Shown here in pieces: positions 1 through 12,546 of a DNA stretch of 64,000 bases. This stretch comes from Klebsormidium nitens (Eukaryota; Plantae; Klebsormidiophyceae). Position 1 is the first letter of the stretch, and every line of letters starts with the position of its first letter. The translations under genes were made by a program, and so were the position numbers. The notes beneath the pieces were generated by a model, which was given only the letters and a program-made list of their open reading frames with translations, did not search any database and was not told where the DNA came from. Where the stretch lies: assembly GCA_000708835.1 (NCBI GenBank), contig DF236973.1, positions 104,548 to 168,547 on the forward strand. Direction: 5' to 3'.

Positions 1-329
1 CTTGCGTCACCTTCTGCTCAGCGTACGGAGCATCGCGAGAAGGAATCCAGCCGGTCCTATTCAGATCGGATTGCCGGAAGAATATTGTTTCGAGAATGGT
101 CTGTTGGAGATTGAAGACCCGTTTCGACATCATTCCTTGACCTCGAATGCAGCGTTTCTGTCAAGCCGTCTACATGAACATTGGATCTGCGAGATGAAGT
201 CCCTCTTTCTGGACCTCATTCTGACAAGCTTGAGACAGCAAATTCTTACACTATATCGGGACGCGAACATGCAACGAATCATTTGTTTTAGACCTCTCAT
301 GATTCGTTCGTCAGCTTTTCCGACCGCAG

Positions 330-746
330 GTCGATCGAGTATCCGTCTACTGCTCGGCCAACGACAAAGCGCTGCGCATGTCGGAGCGCTTGCACGGGGA
401 GCTTCCCCGACTGGGCCATTTCCGGATTGGCTCCCTTCTTTCTGAGAGCCGCCACGTGGCGCTCTCTGACAAGGTCGACGTCATCGACGCCAGCGGCTTC
501 GACAAGAGCGTGGTCGGGCACGCCTACGCGTTCACCAGCACTGACGTCATCGAGGACGTTCTGAGGGTTTTGAGGGACGGGGTTACGGCGACGGCGCGGC
601 CGGCCCTGCGCGCGGCGCGCACGGACAAACGCTTTTATTTCTGGCGGTTGGTGGGGTCCGGGAAGAAAGAGCCCAAGAAGGGGGAGGAAGAAATCGTGGA
701 GTCGCAGCTTGGTGAAGGGATGGATGCGGAGGGGGATCCCGTATAG
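330..746 (+). CDS. Terminal exon of a DUF900/COG4782-type alpha/beta hydrolase (paralog A; upstream exons lie outside the window)
   Basis: Acceptor ccgcag|GTC at 329/330 gives VDRVSVYCSANDKALRMSERLHG...DVIDASGFDKSVVGHAYAFTSTDVIEDV, ending at a stop at 746. It is clearly homologous to the last exon of the gene at 47978-48424. The Y-S-x-D-x-A-L and GHxY motifs match the C-terminal half of DUF900 hydrolases (recalled family knowledge). Confidence 0.75.
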   Translation, partial: VDRVSVYCSANDKALRMSERLHGELPRLGHFRIGSLLSESRHVALSDKVDVIDASGFDKSVVGHAYAFTSTDVIEDVLRVLRDGVTATARPALRAARTDKRFYFWRLVGSGKKEPKKGEEEIVESQLGEGMDAEGDPV

Positions 747-2059
747 TTTGAAACATACAGCGTGCTCGACACGATCGCTCATGTCTTCTTCTGAGGTCGA
801 AGCTGTGTCGAAGAGCTTCTTTTAAGGCACGCAGTTGACGCTACAAAAGGGCTTGCAGGGAGATGGATTCAAGGGCCAGGACCGCTTTCCAGTTGGCAGG
901 CTGAGTTTCCAGATGCAACTTGCCCATTTCAGTATTGGCGTCCTGGGTATGGGGCTCTATCTTGTCCAAAGACTGTACTTATTAGGACATGTATCTTCGA
1001 CAAGCACAAATTCAGTCCGCTTACGGTTGGCCTGGTGACTTGGAGAAGTTTACTTGGATAAAAGGCTCAACTGATTGCCGGCTACCATTGTCATGTGCCA
1101 AACAGGCGTCAGCATACATGCATCTGTGATAAGTTCAAACGACGGTAACTGTACGCAATCTTACATGCGTACGTACTGCCCTATGACATACTACTGAAAA
1201 TGGATAAGTGCGAAGTTAACCGCCACGCAATCAACGAGCTCTCGTCGTGCTCTTTTTAATCTGAGATAGCTACGACTCCAAGATTCGAGGGAACCAATGA
1301 TCATCGAGTCTGTGGGCCTAAAGTGAGCGTGATGATGGTTTCTAAGCGGTTTTTCCTGCAATCCGTGCAAGACTCATCATGGTACTGACGGTAGGCATGC
1401 AGTCTAGGCCAATCAAATCAGAGAGAAGGAGCAGATTACGTACGTGCCGCCGATATATGAATAACTCATTAGCCAATGATCGTTCCCCTAAATTTCCCGG
1501 CGGGCCGTCCTTGCAAAATAATTGCATAAGCGCACATAGGTGCATGTGCTGCTTCGATCCGACGACACCGAAAGATTTATTCGATGCAGCTTCAATGGAC
1601 AAACAGGTTTCAACTTACAACGTTTCGACCGGCCTGGCAATGTCTCAGCGAGATGCTCGGGTTGGGGATCAACCGCTGCAAGTTCACTGCACCGTCTACT
1701 CAAGAGCTTCCTTCCATGACCCTCCAAGCCACAAAGCTTCCAGATCTTCTTGGAACCGCACATGTGTCCTTCGTGATACATACTTATTCTCTGCAAAATG
1801 CGCACGATCGAGGAAGCAATGACTTCGGTTGTCCACTTTGCATTCGCAGCCAAGTGTCTCCTTGCTTAATCCGATCACCGCAGTTACTATAGCTACTCAC
1901 GGTACTGGACCGCGTTACTCTAAGCGTTTGCCACTTTCAGCCTCTCATATCATATCTACTATATGCGCTATGAAATGGTTTACAGCCTATCTTCACGAGA
2001 ACGTGCTCATCTGTACCTATGCCACCGCTGCAACAAAAGTACGCGTTCGAACTCTCTTC

Positions 2060-5000
2060 TCACACCTCGTAACCCGGAAACTTCGCATTTTCCGGATCCG
2101 CCAAGTCCAGATACAGACACGCGGTCCCCGCCAAACCCTCAAACAGCGACCACGGACGGTCGCCCCCGTGCATGTCGCCCGCCGCAATCAGGGCGTCCGC
2201 GTCCTCGTACAAGAAGCGTCCGAAAGCGCACGCGCGCTGAAGGTGCTTCGACTCGCCCGTCAGCTTATAGAGCGCGAGAAAGACGTACGCGTTTCCGGCG
2301 ACGCCGTGGCAGAGGCCGACCTTGCGGAGGAGGCCGCGCTGCCAGACGACCTCTCCGGCCTCGAGAGCGGCCTGCACATGACAATCATTGCGCAAATCAA
2401 AACTAGAGTTACGTATCTTTTCCCCTCCATGTTCAGATTTGTTGAGAACGCGTGGCCCAGCGCCATCTGCCGTATGACAGGAAGCTTCGCTGCCAGACGG
2501 ATTCTCCGGCCATCAAAGCGGGCCTGCAATCGAGACACGGGGACATTGATTGGAGCTCGTCACCGTCTTGGACAGATGATCGTCAACGGTAGTTCCTGGA
2601 GCGAGTGGAACGAAGAAAAGCGGCTTAACGTCGTACAAAAGCGCAAACTGATCCACGGAAGCCCCGGAAGAAGAGAAGCTGATTCTGCGTTGAGCATCTC
2701 AACGTAGACATAGACGAACATTTGTCAACGGTCCTACGCAGACGACTGCCGCAGACTCTTATAATGCATATTGAGAGGTCAACAGGCGATTCAGACGTAG
2801 TGGCACTTTTCCGACCATCCCCTAGACAGAAGCAGACGTGTATAATGAGCCCACCTGTCCGAAAGGACGTCAGCCTCCTCTCATCGTCGCGCACAGCATC
2901 AATGCCACAGATGCTTGCTCCGTCACTCAGAGAAACGACTCCCATGATTCGAGCCACCCAGTCTGCCGCCGTCTTCTAACCCACTGATGAATGGGAAGAG
3001 CTTGCCGTCTTCGTCTGAGAACCGCCGTGTTGCGGTGCAGAGCGTAAGCGCCCTGCCCATTTCTTTGGCCCAATGAAACAGGTCAAATAATCGCGACTGC
3101 TACCTCGATGTTGCTCAGACAGACATGTTTGGAAACAAGCTCAGTTACTCAATTGTTAAGAATGAGCAATCAAGCCTACCTGCAAGAACACTTTGCCGTC
3201 TTCGTCGTTTCGGAACCGCCGCGCGGCGGTGCAGAGGGTGAGCGCCACCCCCGCCGCCCCGTGGCACCATTGGACGCGGACGTCCGACGTTTCGCCGACG
3301 ACGGTCGGGTAGTTCCCGCTTGGCAAGCGCGTCCGGAGCAGCTGGTGGAGCGTCTTGCGGACGTCGGAGAGATCCGTATCAGACAGGGGGAAGTGCAGTA
3401 GAACCTGCAAGAGCAGAAGAATGTTGTCATGAACCGAAGCGTTAAACTGCCTTCTCTCTTGCAAGCGTTGAAAAGGTCCGCATCGGACAGGAGCAAGAGC
3501 AGTAGAACCTGCACAATCAGCATAAGTTGTCGTCAAGTTGTCGTCAGCTACAGGCAGTCCGGAGTTGCCAAAGTCTAATGAGGTGCTGGCAAACAATCCA
3601 GGAGATTGGTCGGGAGGTAAGCGCGTCAGAATCAGCTGGTGGAGCGTCTTGCGGACGTCGGAGAGGTTCGATTCGGACAGGGGGAAGTGCAGTAGAACCT
3701 GCGAGAGCAGAAGAATGTTGCCTTTGACCAAAGTGTAAAACTGCCTCAGGCAGAAGAATGTTGCCGTTAACCGAAGTGTAAAAGTGCCTTTTGCTGGCGA
3801 AGCCTCTTGCGGACGTTGGAAAGATCCGAGTCGGACAGGGGGAAGTGTAGTAGGACTTGCAAGAGCAGTGAAAAGCTGGTGTCAAAAGCAGGAACTCCGG
3901 CAATTTGCGGGTCCGGAGCAGCTGGTGGAGCTTTTTGCGGACGTTGGAAAGGTCCGTATCGGACAGGTGAAGTGCAGTAGAACCTGCAAGAGCAGAAGAA
4001 TGTTGCCGTTGACCGAAGTGAAAACTGCCTTTTGCTGGCGAAGCGTCTTGCGGGCGTTGTAAAGATCCGAACCGGACAGAGGGCAATGCAGCAGAACCTG
4101 CAAGAGAATCAAAAGCTGCTGTCAACTTGAGGAGTTCCGGCACTTTGCGGGTCCGGCTCAGCTGGTGGAGCATCTTGCGGACGTCGGAGAGGTCCGAATT
4201 GGTCTGGGGGCAGTGCAGTAGAACCTGCACGAGCAGTAAAAGGCTGCTGTCAACTGGAGGTAAGTCCGGCAGATTGCGGGTCCGGCTCAGCTGGTGGAGC
4301 GTCTTGCGGACGTCGACGTCCGAGTCGGACAGAAGAAGGTGCATGAGAAATCTGCACAAGCTGGCCGTCAGCTGCTGTCAGTCTGAATTTGCTCGAAGTT
4401 CGGAAGAGGAGCTGACGAGGGATCTGGCAACTTCGTGTGGCGACGACTTTGACAAAGACAAGGATCATTGACGAGCCAAAGCAGCGGCTGAGTCGAGGTC
4501 TTTCAGACATCCAAGAGTGCCTCGTCATTATCAGGAGAATGCAGCAGGACCCGTTCAGAGGACGCGACGATAAAAATCTGGGTCGCACCAATGATGCCGA
4601 AGGCCTCCGGACACGGTCTTGTAGAATCTTTTGTCTTAATCGAACCAGTGACAAACGGGGAGGAAAGCGTCCGGATCCGGAGAGACTAGGCTCCGTAAGT
4701 GGATCGGCAGGTGGAGTGTTTTCGGGATGTCCAACAATGCTTTGTCAGACCTCGCAAAAATGCATCACGATCTGAACAGAGGACCTCAAGCAATGTGCCA
4801 TTCAGATTATCAATGATCCTGAAGGACAATGCACGGGGTTTAGCGGAATTTGATGGAGTAGATTAGCGGGGTGCAAACGGAAAATCATTCAGGCGGACCA
4901 TATTAATTGTGTGTCTGATCAGCTCGTAAGGGCTCCCAAGATGTCCGGGAGCTCCTTGGCAGACAGCAAAAGCGCAGTTTGGGAAGGGAAAGTCAGAAAG

Positions 5001-6714
5001 ATAAAACAAAGGAAGTCGGAAGACTCTGCTAGCCGACCAAGCGAGAAGACAGCTGTCAAAAGGCTGTCGTCTACTTGTCAATCTTATTCAGAAAATCCAA
5101 TCAGTAGTAAGATTGCCTCAGAACCAGGCTCTTTGGCTTGATAGGACATCCTCGTATTAGTAAAGATGACATTCCTGGGCCAGTATGCACACTACAGTAG
5201 CGCATGGTTTTCTGGGAGCAGCAAGAAAATATTATCCAAGAATCAAACGAGAAGGCTAGAGGAAGGGGGTAAAGGGAGATGGAACAAGTGCTCCAAGTCA
5301 GCACCCCACAACAATTGGAGTGTAGTTACTGAAAAGATTGCATTTTGTTTGCCCAAGGGCCTAGCTCAAATGCTGATATTGTTAAAACGGGAAATTTTAG
5401 CTAGCTGCAAAGGAGACCACGAATAGCGACAATTTCTCAACCCACGATAACATCCTGAAATCAAGCAACGTGCTCTTCGCTCTTCAAAAACTTAAGCAGC
5501 ATCGTCGAACAGTAGACCAGCGGCACTCACATGCATGATCCCAGCCACGCCGTGTGCCGCGCCCAGGTAGCGCTTCCCATGCCACTTGTACATCAGAGGC
5601 CACTCGGAGCCCCTCGCGCATGCCCTCCCGTCCGCCAGAATGCTTGACACTATTGGTTGAGTCACACTCTCTGGAATGGTTCCTTGCCCTAGGTGAGTGT
5701 TAAGGAACAGGGCGGACCATAGGAAGCCCGCTCTGCCATACAGCAGCTCGTCTGGGGGGTCGGAGTTGCACAGCAGGGACGGCGTTGCGAGGTTGGGCAT
5801 GTGTCCAGCCTGCAAGCAAGGGAATATTTTATGTCACGGCTGGAATACATGAGATTCCTTCTGCTTGCACAGATTTGTCAGGACGACATAGACATTGCAG
5901 AGGCTTTGAGTTGAATCAATAGTTTGTAATTCTTGTAATTGTCATGCACCAATACGCCTCCAAATGAATCGGCCGCATGAGATGCAGGCACCCTCCAAAC
6001 CACCGTGACTGCATGTTCTGTCGTCCGTGCTGGCTGCTCACGAGTATTCTGAAACGGCTTGAAGTACGGGCTGCGCTTGCATTTCAGATTGCATGACGTC
6101 TTCAAGCACGCATGCTTCTCTCAAGAACCTGAGCACATATATCGTAGATGTACCTAGTGAAGAACATCTTCAGCCCTCAAGTATATAATGGCCAAGAGAT
6201 AGTCATGTTTCCGTAGTGACGATGAAGGTGGTGGTTGAAGAAGTGTACACCTTCCCCGTCTCTTGTAATTGAGATTACTCATGCCACAACTCACCTGCAG
6301 AAGCATCCTGAGGTAGACGTTCTGAGCGTCTCGCTTGCCCGCATGGAACGCCGCCACCGCGCCGAGCGCATATACCCCCGGCTGCCCCAGCAGGAACGAC
6401 GGGTGCTCTCTGATCATCCCCGCCACTTTGGCGCACTCCTCAACAATCTCCATACACGTCTCTAAATCGTTCGGGTGTGTGGCCGCAAGCGTCGATTTGA
6501 GCAGCAGAAAGGCTGTTCCCCCGCTGCCAGTGTACACATAAGGGTCTCTGACGCGTCCCGCGTCCCCGTGCGCTCCAGTCCAGGTTTCGGAGACGATCCT
6601 GTCGATGAGCGCACATGCATGCTTCGTGAATGCTCTCCGGGCCAGAACGTCCAGTGCTGCGGATGCATAGCGGTTGAGCAGAGAGGTGCTGAAGTGACGA
6701 AAATCGCCCGCCAT
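2060..6714 (-). CDS. LanC-like protein (GCR2/LANCL2 family), 4 exons, 411 aa, intact
   Basis: Exons 6714-6295, 5809-5531, 3404-3180 and 2371-2060 are all GT-AG and phase 0, totalling 1236 nt. Motifs YTGSGG, ELLYGRAGFLW, WHGKRYLGAAHG, WCHG, GLCHGVAGNAY and SLFEGLAG match plant GCR2/LANCL, and the Zn-ligand WCHG and CHG motifs are present. Confidence 0.95.
3405..4400 (-). repeat. Intronic tandem array of ~7 degenerate copies of the exon-3 splice acceptor plus exon start (LanCL copy 1, intron 2)
   Basis: The motif (+ strand) gcggacgtcggagaggtccg..tcggacagggggaagtgcagtagaacctgc recurs at ~3505, 3695, 3854, 3980, 4094, 4221 and 4347; the functional copy is at 3401. Spacing is ~104-190 bp. Confidence 0.93.
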
Positions 6715-6971
6715 GGCGCTTTTATGGCGACTGCATCTCTCCTTCTCAGCCACTGATCGATGATGCTGAATACAGACCTGAGATGTAGCCTTGTAGGCTC
6801 TGAGCATCGCTGCCTCCCCCTGCATTTCAATGTTTTGAACCATGTTTGCTTTTGCAGGGCCCGTGTTTGAAGGGGTCCCCCTCAAAAGCATGCAGCCTGC
6901 GTGCCGACGATTTGGATGCGGAATTTTGAAATTTCATGAGGGTCACGAACTCATGAAAACCAAATTCGATC

Positions 6972-7092
6972 ACCCGGTGTCAAACCCGGTTGATCTATCA
7001 AGCTAACCGACTGCTATGACACCCGCAAGAACTGGTTAAACATCCCGGTAGCTAAGCTCGGAACTTCGCTCCACGCTTCCGGCAACCTTGGT
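6972..7092 (+). repeat. ~120-bp dispersed non-coding element, copy 1 (inverted copy at 39611-39731)
   Basis: acccggt..ccggttgatctatcaagctaaccgac...acttcgctccacgcttccggcaacc aligns almost without gaps to the reverse complement of 39611-39731, at roughly 75% identity by eye. Confidence 0.8.
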
Positions 7093-7516
7093 TCCCGTCG
7101 GCGTCGATGGTTTCTTTCCCTGGCGAAGTCCACTAAGCTTAGTGCAGTGTTCAGCCACATCGACAATATTCTTTTCCGTGGTCGAATGAAGCCTCGGAGT
7201 CAGGGGCGAGGGAGGAGCAGCAAGGAAGCGCAATGCGCAGTTCTACGGAATGTTCTTTCTTGACAGCAGCGAACCACCGATACAGTACTTACAATGTGTT
7301 GGCAATTGAACCGAGTCCAACCGAGTCCTGTTGACATCAGATCTTCTTGCTGTTTTTGGTGCGCCGGCCTGTAGAGTGTAGTTGCTGCAGATGCTGACAA
7401 GATGAGGTCCTTTATTTTCTGTACTTTCCTTTGTGGTCGGGTTGTGGTCATTTAGTTCATTGCTAAGTGGTCATCAGGGCAAAGCATAGAAACATTTACC
7501 AGGAAGAGTTAGAGAA

Positions 7517-10260
7517 ATGGCATCTACTGTCAGAGCTCCCTCAGCACTCCCTTCATCACCAATGGCTGCATCAGCACAGGCATCACCACGGTCTCGCATT
7601 GTTCCCAGGGGTTTCCATATACCTCCCCCTTACAGCTGCACTGTAGTGGGTTTGAGCAATCGAAGTTGCAACTGTACTGCAGTGGAAATGTGGAGAGAGA
7701 ACGCTGAAAGGAGGTCAGAACTCGGGGGCCGCGGCAGTCAGCACATGATGCAAAAGCATGGAGTTACTGCCATAGGCTTAGCGACGGCCAAGGGAACAGC
7801 ACAAAGGCAGATTGCGATTCGAAGGAGGCCACGTGTGGTTACGGTCGTGCAAGCATTGATGCAGGTACAATCATTTGGAGATCAATCCCTCATTTGCTAG
7901 AAAATCAATATGCATTCTGTGATTCGCTCAGAATTGACCATTTCATTGAGGTCCGAATCAATCTAAGAATGAATCTTCCTTGACAAGAAACGGCACATTC
8001 GATGTGTGCCCCTTCATTTTGCCAGGCCTAGAGACGGTGTCCTTGATACTTATGCTTGTACTGATTCAGTTACGAATTGTTACAAGGTGTGCTGACGTTC
8101 AAGTTGCTTTTGTTTGATCAAGCATGGTCTTTGAGAAGGTTCAACTAAGAATGGCTGCAAATCGGTTGGACCTCATCATGGATTACAACACTGATCGATC
8201 TACTGGAAGCCCTCACCATGAGTTTTTTTTATTGCAGCCGGTTTTTGAGAAAGATACTCAAGACCGCGGCCGCCAGACCTTCGAGCTGAAGGTGTGTCCA
8301 CCGTTCTATATGATACATCTTTTCAGATTCTGTACTTGACTTCAAATTCAAGCAGGTAGTAGGTAACAGGCTGAAGTTAATCTGAGCAGATGAATAAGGC
8401 TGGCATGATCAAAGTTGCAGTGTCATTCACATTTGCTGATACTCTGCCATACTTATCCAAGTTGCAGGTCTTGGACGACTTCCCGGTTCTGCATGTTGCA
8501 ACAACTCTGGACCAACTCTTGAAGGAGTACGACCTGTCACTAGATCCACGCTCTCTCAGTCAAACTTGCCTCGACGTAAGTGCAATCTTAAGTGCTACTA
8601 CGAGTGTTTGTCAATTCTTAAAACAAGAACCAACTGTTGCAAAAAGTCTGTTCTAAGCTCTGTAAAAATGTCTTCAGCATGATGCCACTGGTGTCGTCAC
8701 ATGAGGATGGAAAGTGACATGCGGAAGCTCACCCGTTCCAATGCAAAGTCAGGTATTCCCTTGGGTTTGCAGGTGCAAAAAGTTGCGGTTGCAGATGGAT
8801 ACCCAATCTGCGAGGTCGGATACATGGCCAACGCATTGGAGGGCGCAGGAGTACCAGAGGGGCTGGCCCTGCTAATGGCAGTAGAGATTGCGGATGCGTT
8901 TTCATCGTTTACAGGGGACTGCCATGATCCGGGGGTGGTGCTTTTGGGACGGGAAGGTGCTTCATTTCCATCCATCAAAAAGGTGGGAATCTTGGTACTT
9001 TGGAATTATGAGGTTTCTTCTAGTTACTGCTTAGCATACATCTCACACATGGAACCTGTAAGAAGGTCCTCACCGTTGGAAAGCATTCTGCAAATTTGTG
9101 TTGCAGCTGTTCTTCCCTCTCGTCGCGACACTGTGATTGGTGTTGTTGATGAATTGCTAATCTGATTCTTTTACAGGGCGTGCTACTGTGGGGCAGTCTT
9201 CTCGCTGCTGTGTCAGCAGTGCTCATCTTCCATGTAAGTCCAATGAAAGTCGAGCAGACTTTGGTTGAGTAGCTCTAATGATCGTGCACAAAAAAACCTC
9301 GCGAATCAGGTCGCACAAATCGATCTTGTGTACTTGCAATATGAGTTGCTTGCGCAAGTTGGTGCAAGTATGCGACAAGCTGAGACTTAGACGAGCAAAA
9401 CCGTTTGTTACTAGATACGTATTTCTCACGAGCAGATGTTGTCTTTTGTTTTGCAGGGCTCGTCTAGCCCTGGTGCAAGTGGCTTCGGCTTGCTACCTCT
9501 TGCTCACAGGGACCTCTTCCTTCCATCTATGCTCCAGCTTCTGGTGAGTGTCTCTATCTTACTCGAAGTTGCGGCTTTCCATTACCTTGTGTTCTTTTCC
9601 TACGGCGAAGTGCATCTGTCTTCTCAGGTTGGTTCGACACCGTTTTGATTCCCGAATCCAAGGTCCTGAAAGGCCAATTTATTGCAGATTCTGGACAGAT
9701 ATGGCCTGAGCTACAAAGAGATTGTCACTCAGCACAACATCCATCAGATCGCCAAGATCTCAGAAACTCTTCGGAAAGCCTTGTCGGGCCCAAAGATGCA
9801 AAGGGTGTTGAACGGCATGTTGCGGGACGGATTTTGGAGCAAACTGAGCAACTCAGCAAGCCCGAGCAGAAGACAGATATTCATCGCTTTGGACAAGCAC
9901 GTGCAAGCTGGTCTTCTGCAGCTTGGTCAAAGCAGTGTCCCGCAAGTCCAACATAGAGCAGGCGATCCTCCTGAGCAGACAGCAGCGAAGTTCTTGGCGG
10001 CAGCGTTCTTGCACCCTTCCAATGCAGTCTTTACAAGCAACCTGAGAAACATGTTCCGCAATCTAGCCACTTGTAACTGGACGGCGCCACAGGAACGCTT
10101 TCTGCTGAGTGCGTACTTACAAGCGCTGCGAAACCCAATCTGTCATGCCACGGCGGAAGAGGGGACCGTTGAACACTTGCGATTCTCTGCCGTCGTCAAA
10201 ATGCTTTTCCAGAAACCAGGCCCAACCAGCGAGCTCGGAGAAAAACTGATCAAATTCTGA
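7517..10260 (+). CDS. Hypothetical multi-exon protein with a transit-peptide-like N-terminus and one hydrophobic segment
   Basis: Predicted phase-0 GT-AG exons: 7517-7864, ~8139-8291 (acceptor uncertain), 8468-8575, 8773-8982, 9177-9233 (GVLLWGSLLAAVSAVLIFH), 9457-9543 and 9688-10260. The N-terminus is Ser/Ala/Arg-rich and ends RRPRVVTVVQA. I did not recognise a family. Confidence 0.6.
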
Positions 10261-12546
10261 GATCGACATTTTCCAAATACAGTAAGGTTCTAGCATTTCT
10301 CGCATAAATGGATACTTGATATGCTTTCTTCAAGGCTTCAATAAATATTCATTGCTCCATCTCTTCCAGGCCGACTCCGGATGCCATGAGATATATGCAC
10401 TTGTACCTGCTCTCCTTCTGCGACAATCGTTTGATACCCTTGGTGATTGCAGGTTGACTTATGTTGCTGAAGACGGTCACCGCATGCAGTAACGCTCGAG
10501 GGAACACAAATCGGAGCTGCGGAAGTCTGTAGGATGGTCGTTGAAAGTGAAGTGGCCACGTCGCGATGCGCCGCAAGATATTGTTTCTATTTCTCGTGAG
10601 AATCGTTCAATTCTTATATGTTGTACATAGTTGTCATCTTGTCAATCTGGAGTCCTTGGGTCTAGGGGCTGTGTAGACTTCGGAAAGACCTTGATCATTT
10701 TTGGCTGTGTACAAAGTTAATTGACATCTACAGCCATTTGGATAAGTTTCCTTTGAGCAATATAGCACTTCGAAGATGCAGTAAGTCAATGTTGAGGCAG
10801 TGGGCGACATATGTGGTGTCATCATTGCAAACACTTTGCGATTGACTCGCTACAGTTGTGTAGATGTGTTAGAGTGCCGGCCGCCCTTATTACTTTCCAC
10901 CAAGCGGCTCGTTGTTGAGAGCATTGCACATGCGCACGTACGATAGGCTCAGTGAGCGGATCGACGCATTCCAGTTTTAGGCCATGCGGGCTGCATCGAT
11001 ACTACAAATATAATCTGCAATTATCCAATTGCAAACTCTCATGATGATTCTGAATTGTAGACTGATTGCAGTCAACCGTGCAGTGATTGGGTTGCGAATC
11101 CACCCCGCTCTATGCGCAGCTAGATGACCAACTGAGCTGCACCAGACGGTGCTTCGAACCTCTCAATATTGAGCTTCCATACATCATATGACCATATATA
11201 CATACCCATCCAAGCCATACAGCTTCTATACAAAGTCTTATGGTTGACACCGTGCATGTGTTGTTAAGAAAACATAGATACTCTCTGCCAAGTGCGCACG
11301 AGGAAGCAAAGGCTTCTGAATTGTAGCGAACAATTCGGGGGGCGCCAAGTACGGTGGTCATTCTTCTTGCACTCGTTCCGAAAATTAAGCGCAGCTACTA
11401 TAGCTGCTCATGGTACTGGATCGTGTTAGCCAACGCTTTTGGCACTTTCAGCCTCTCATTTATATAATTACCTTGCCGCGCTACACAACCATGAACAGCC
11501 TACTCTTCAAAGAACGTGCTCATCTGTACCTTTGCCACCGTTGCAACAAAGATACACACTCGAACTCCTATCTCACACCGAGTCGTAGCCCGGAAACTTT
11601 GCGTTTTGGGGGTTCGTCAGATCTAGGTACAGACACGGAGTCCCCGCCAGACCCTCGAACAATGACCACTGACGGTCGCCCCCGTGCATTTCGCCCGCCT
11701 CGATCAGGGCGTCCGCTTCCTCAGACCGGAAGCGTCCGAATGCGTGCGCGCGCTGGAGGTGCTTCGCGTCGCCCGTCAGCTTGTAGAGCGCGAGGAAGAC
11801 GTACGCGTTTCCGGCGACGCCGTGGCACAGGCCGACCTTGCGGAGGAGGCCGCGCTGCCAGACGACCTCTCCGGCCTCTGTTGCGGCCTGCACCCGAGAA
11901 AAGGTGTGATGTGAGACAAAACCGACGTCTCTCTCTCCAGTATCAAGGAGCTTTGAGAAAAGGCGTGACCCAGCGCTATAACTCGCGAACTGACAGGAGG
12001 CTGCCAGACGATTCCCCGGGCCATCACAACGGCCCGCAACCGAGAGACGTCGGCCTTAGCGGTCGGAGCTCACGGCACCGGGCGAGGCCGAAAGATGTTC
12101 GACAACAATTCCTGGACCGACTGTGCCGCAGTCAGAACTCATTCTTCAATCCACCTGCAAGAACGCCTTGCCGTCTTCGTTGTTCCGGAGCCGCCGCTCA
12201 GCGGTACAAAGCGCGAGCGCGATGAAGAACATGATCGCAGCTGCCAGCTCGATGTTGCTTGAACAGACATGTCCAAAAGGAGCCTGGTTATAAAAGAATC
12301 AAGATTGAGGCGTCAATCTTACCTGCAAGAACACCTTGCCGTCTTCGTCGTTTCGAAACCGCCGCGCGGCAGTGCACAGCGTGAGCGCCACCCCCGCCGC
12401 CCCGTGGCACCACTGAACGCGGACGTCCGCGTGTCCCCGACGACGGTCGGGTAGTTCCCGCTCGGCAAGCTCGTCCGGAGCAGCTGGTGGAGCGTCTTGC
12501 GGACGTCAGAGAGGTCCGTATCGGACAGGGGGAAGTGCAGTAGAAT

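Noticed and set aside
1829-2707. Long + strand ORFs opposite LanCL exon 4 (also 11410-12225)
   Set aside because: These are antisense shadows of GC-rich coding exons.
3544-4359. 271-aa repetitive ORF that could be taken for a repeat protein or a lanthipeptide precursor next to LanC
   Set aside because: It is the translation of the intronic echo array. The repeats are pieces of the LanCL exon itself plus intron sequence, with no leader/core structure, and eukaryotic LANCLs have no known linked precursors.
3400-4400. CRISPR-like appearance of the repeat arrays (also 61115-61873)
   Set aside because: The units are long, degenerate and exon-derived, there are no unique spacers, and there are no cas genes in this eukaryotic context.
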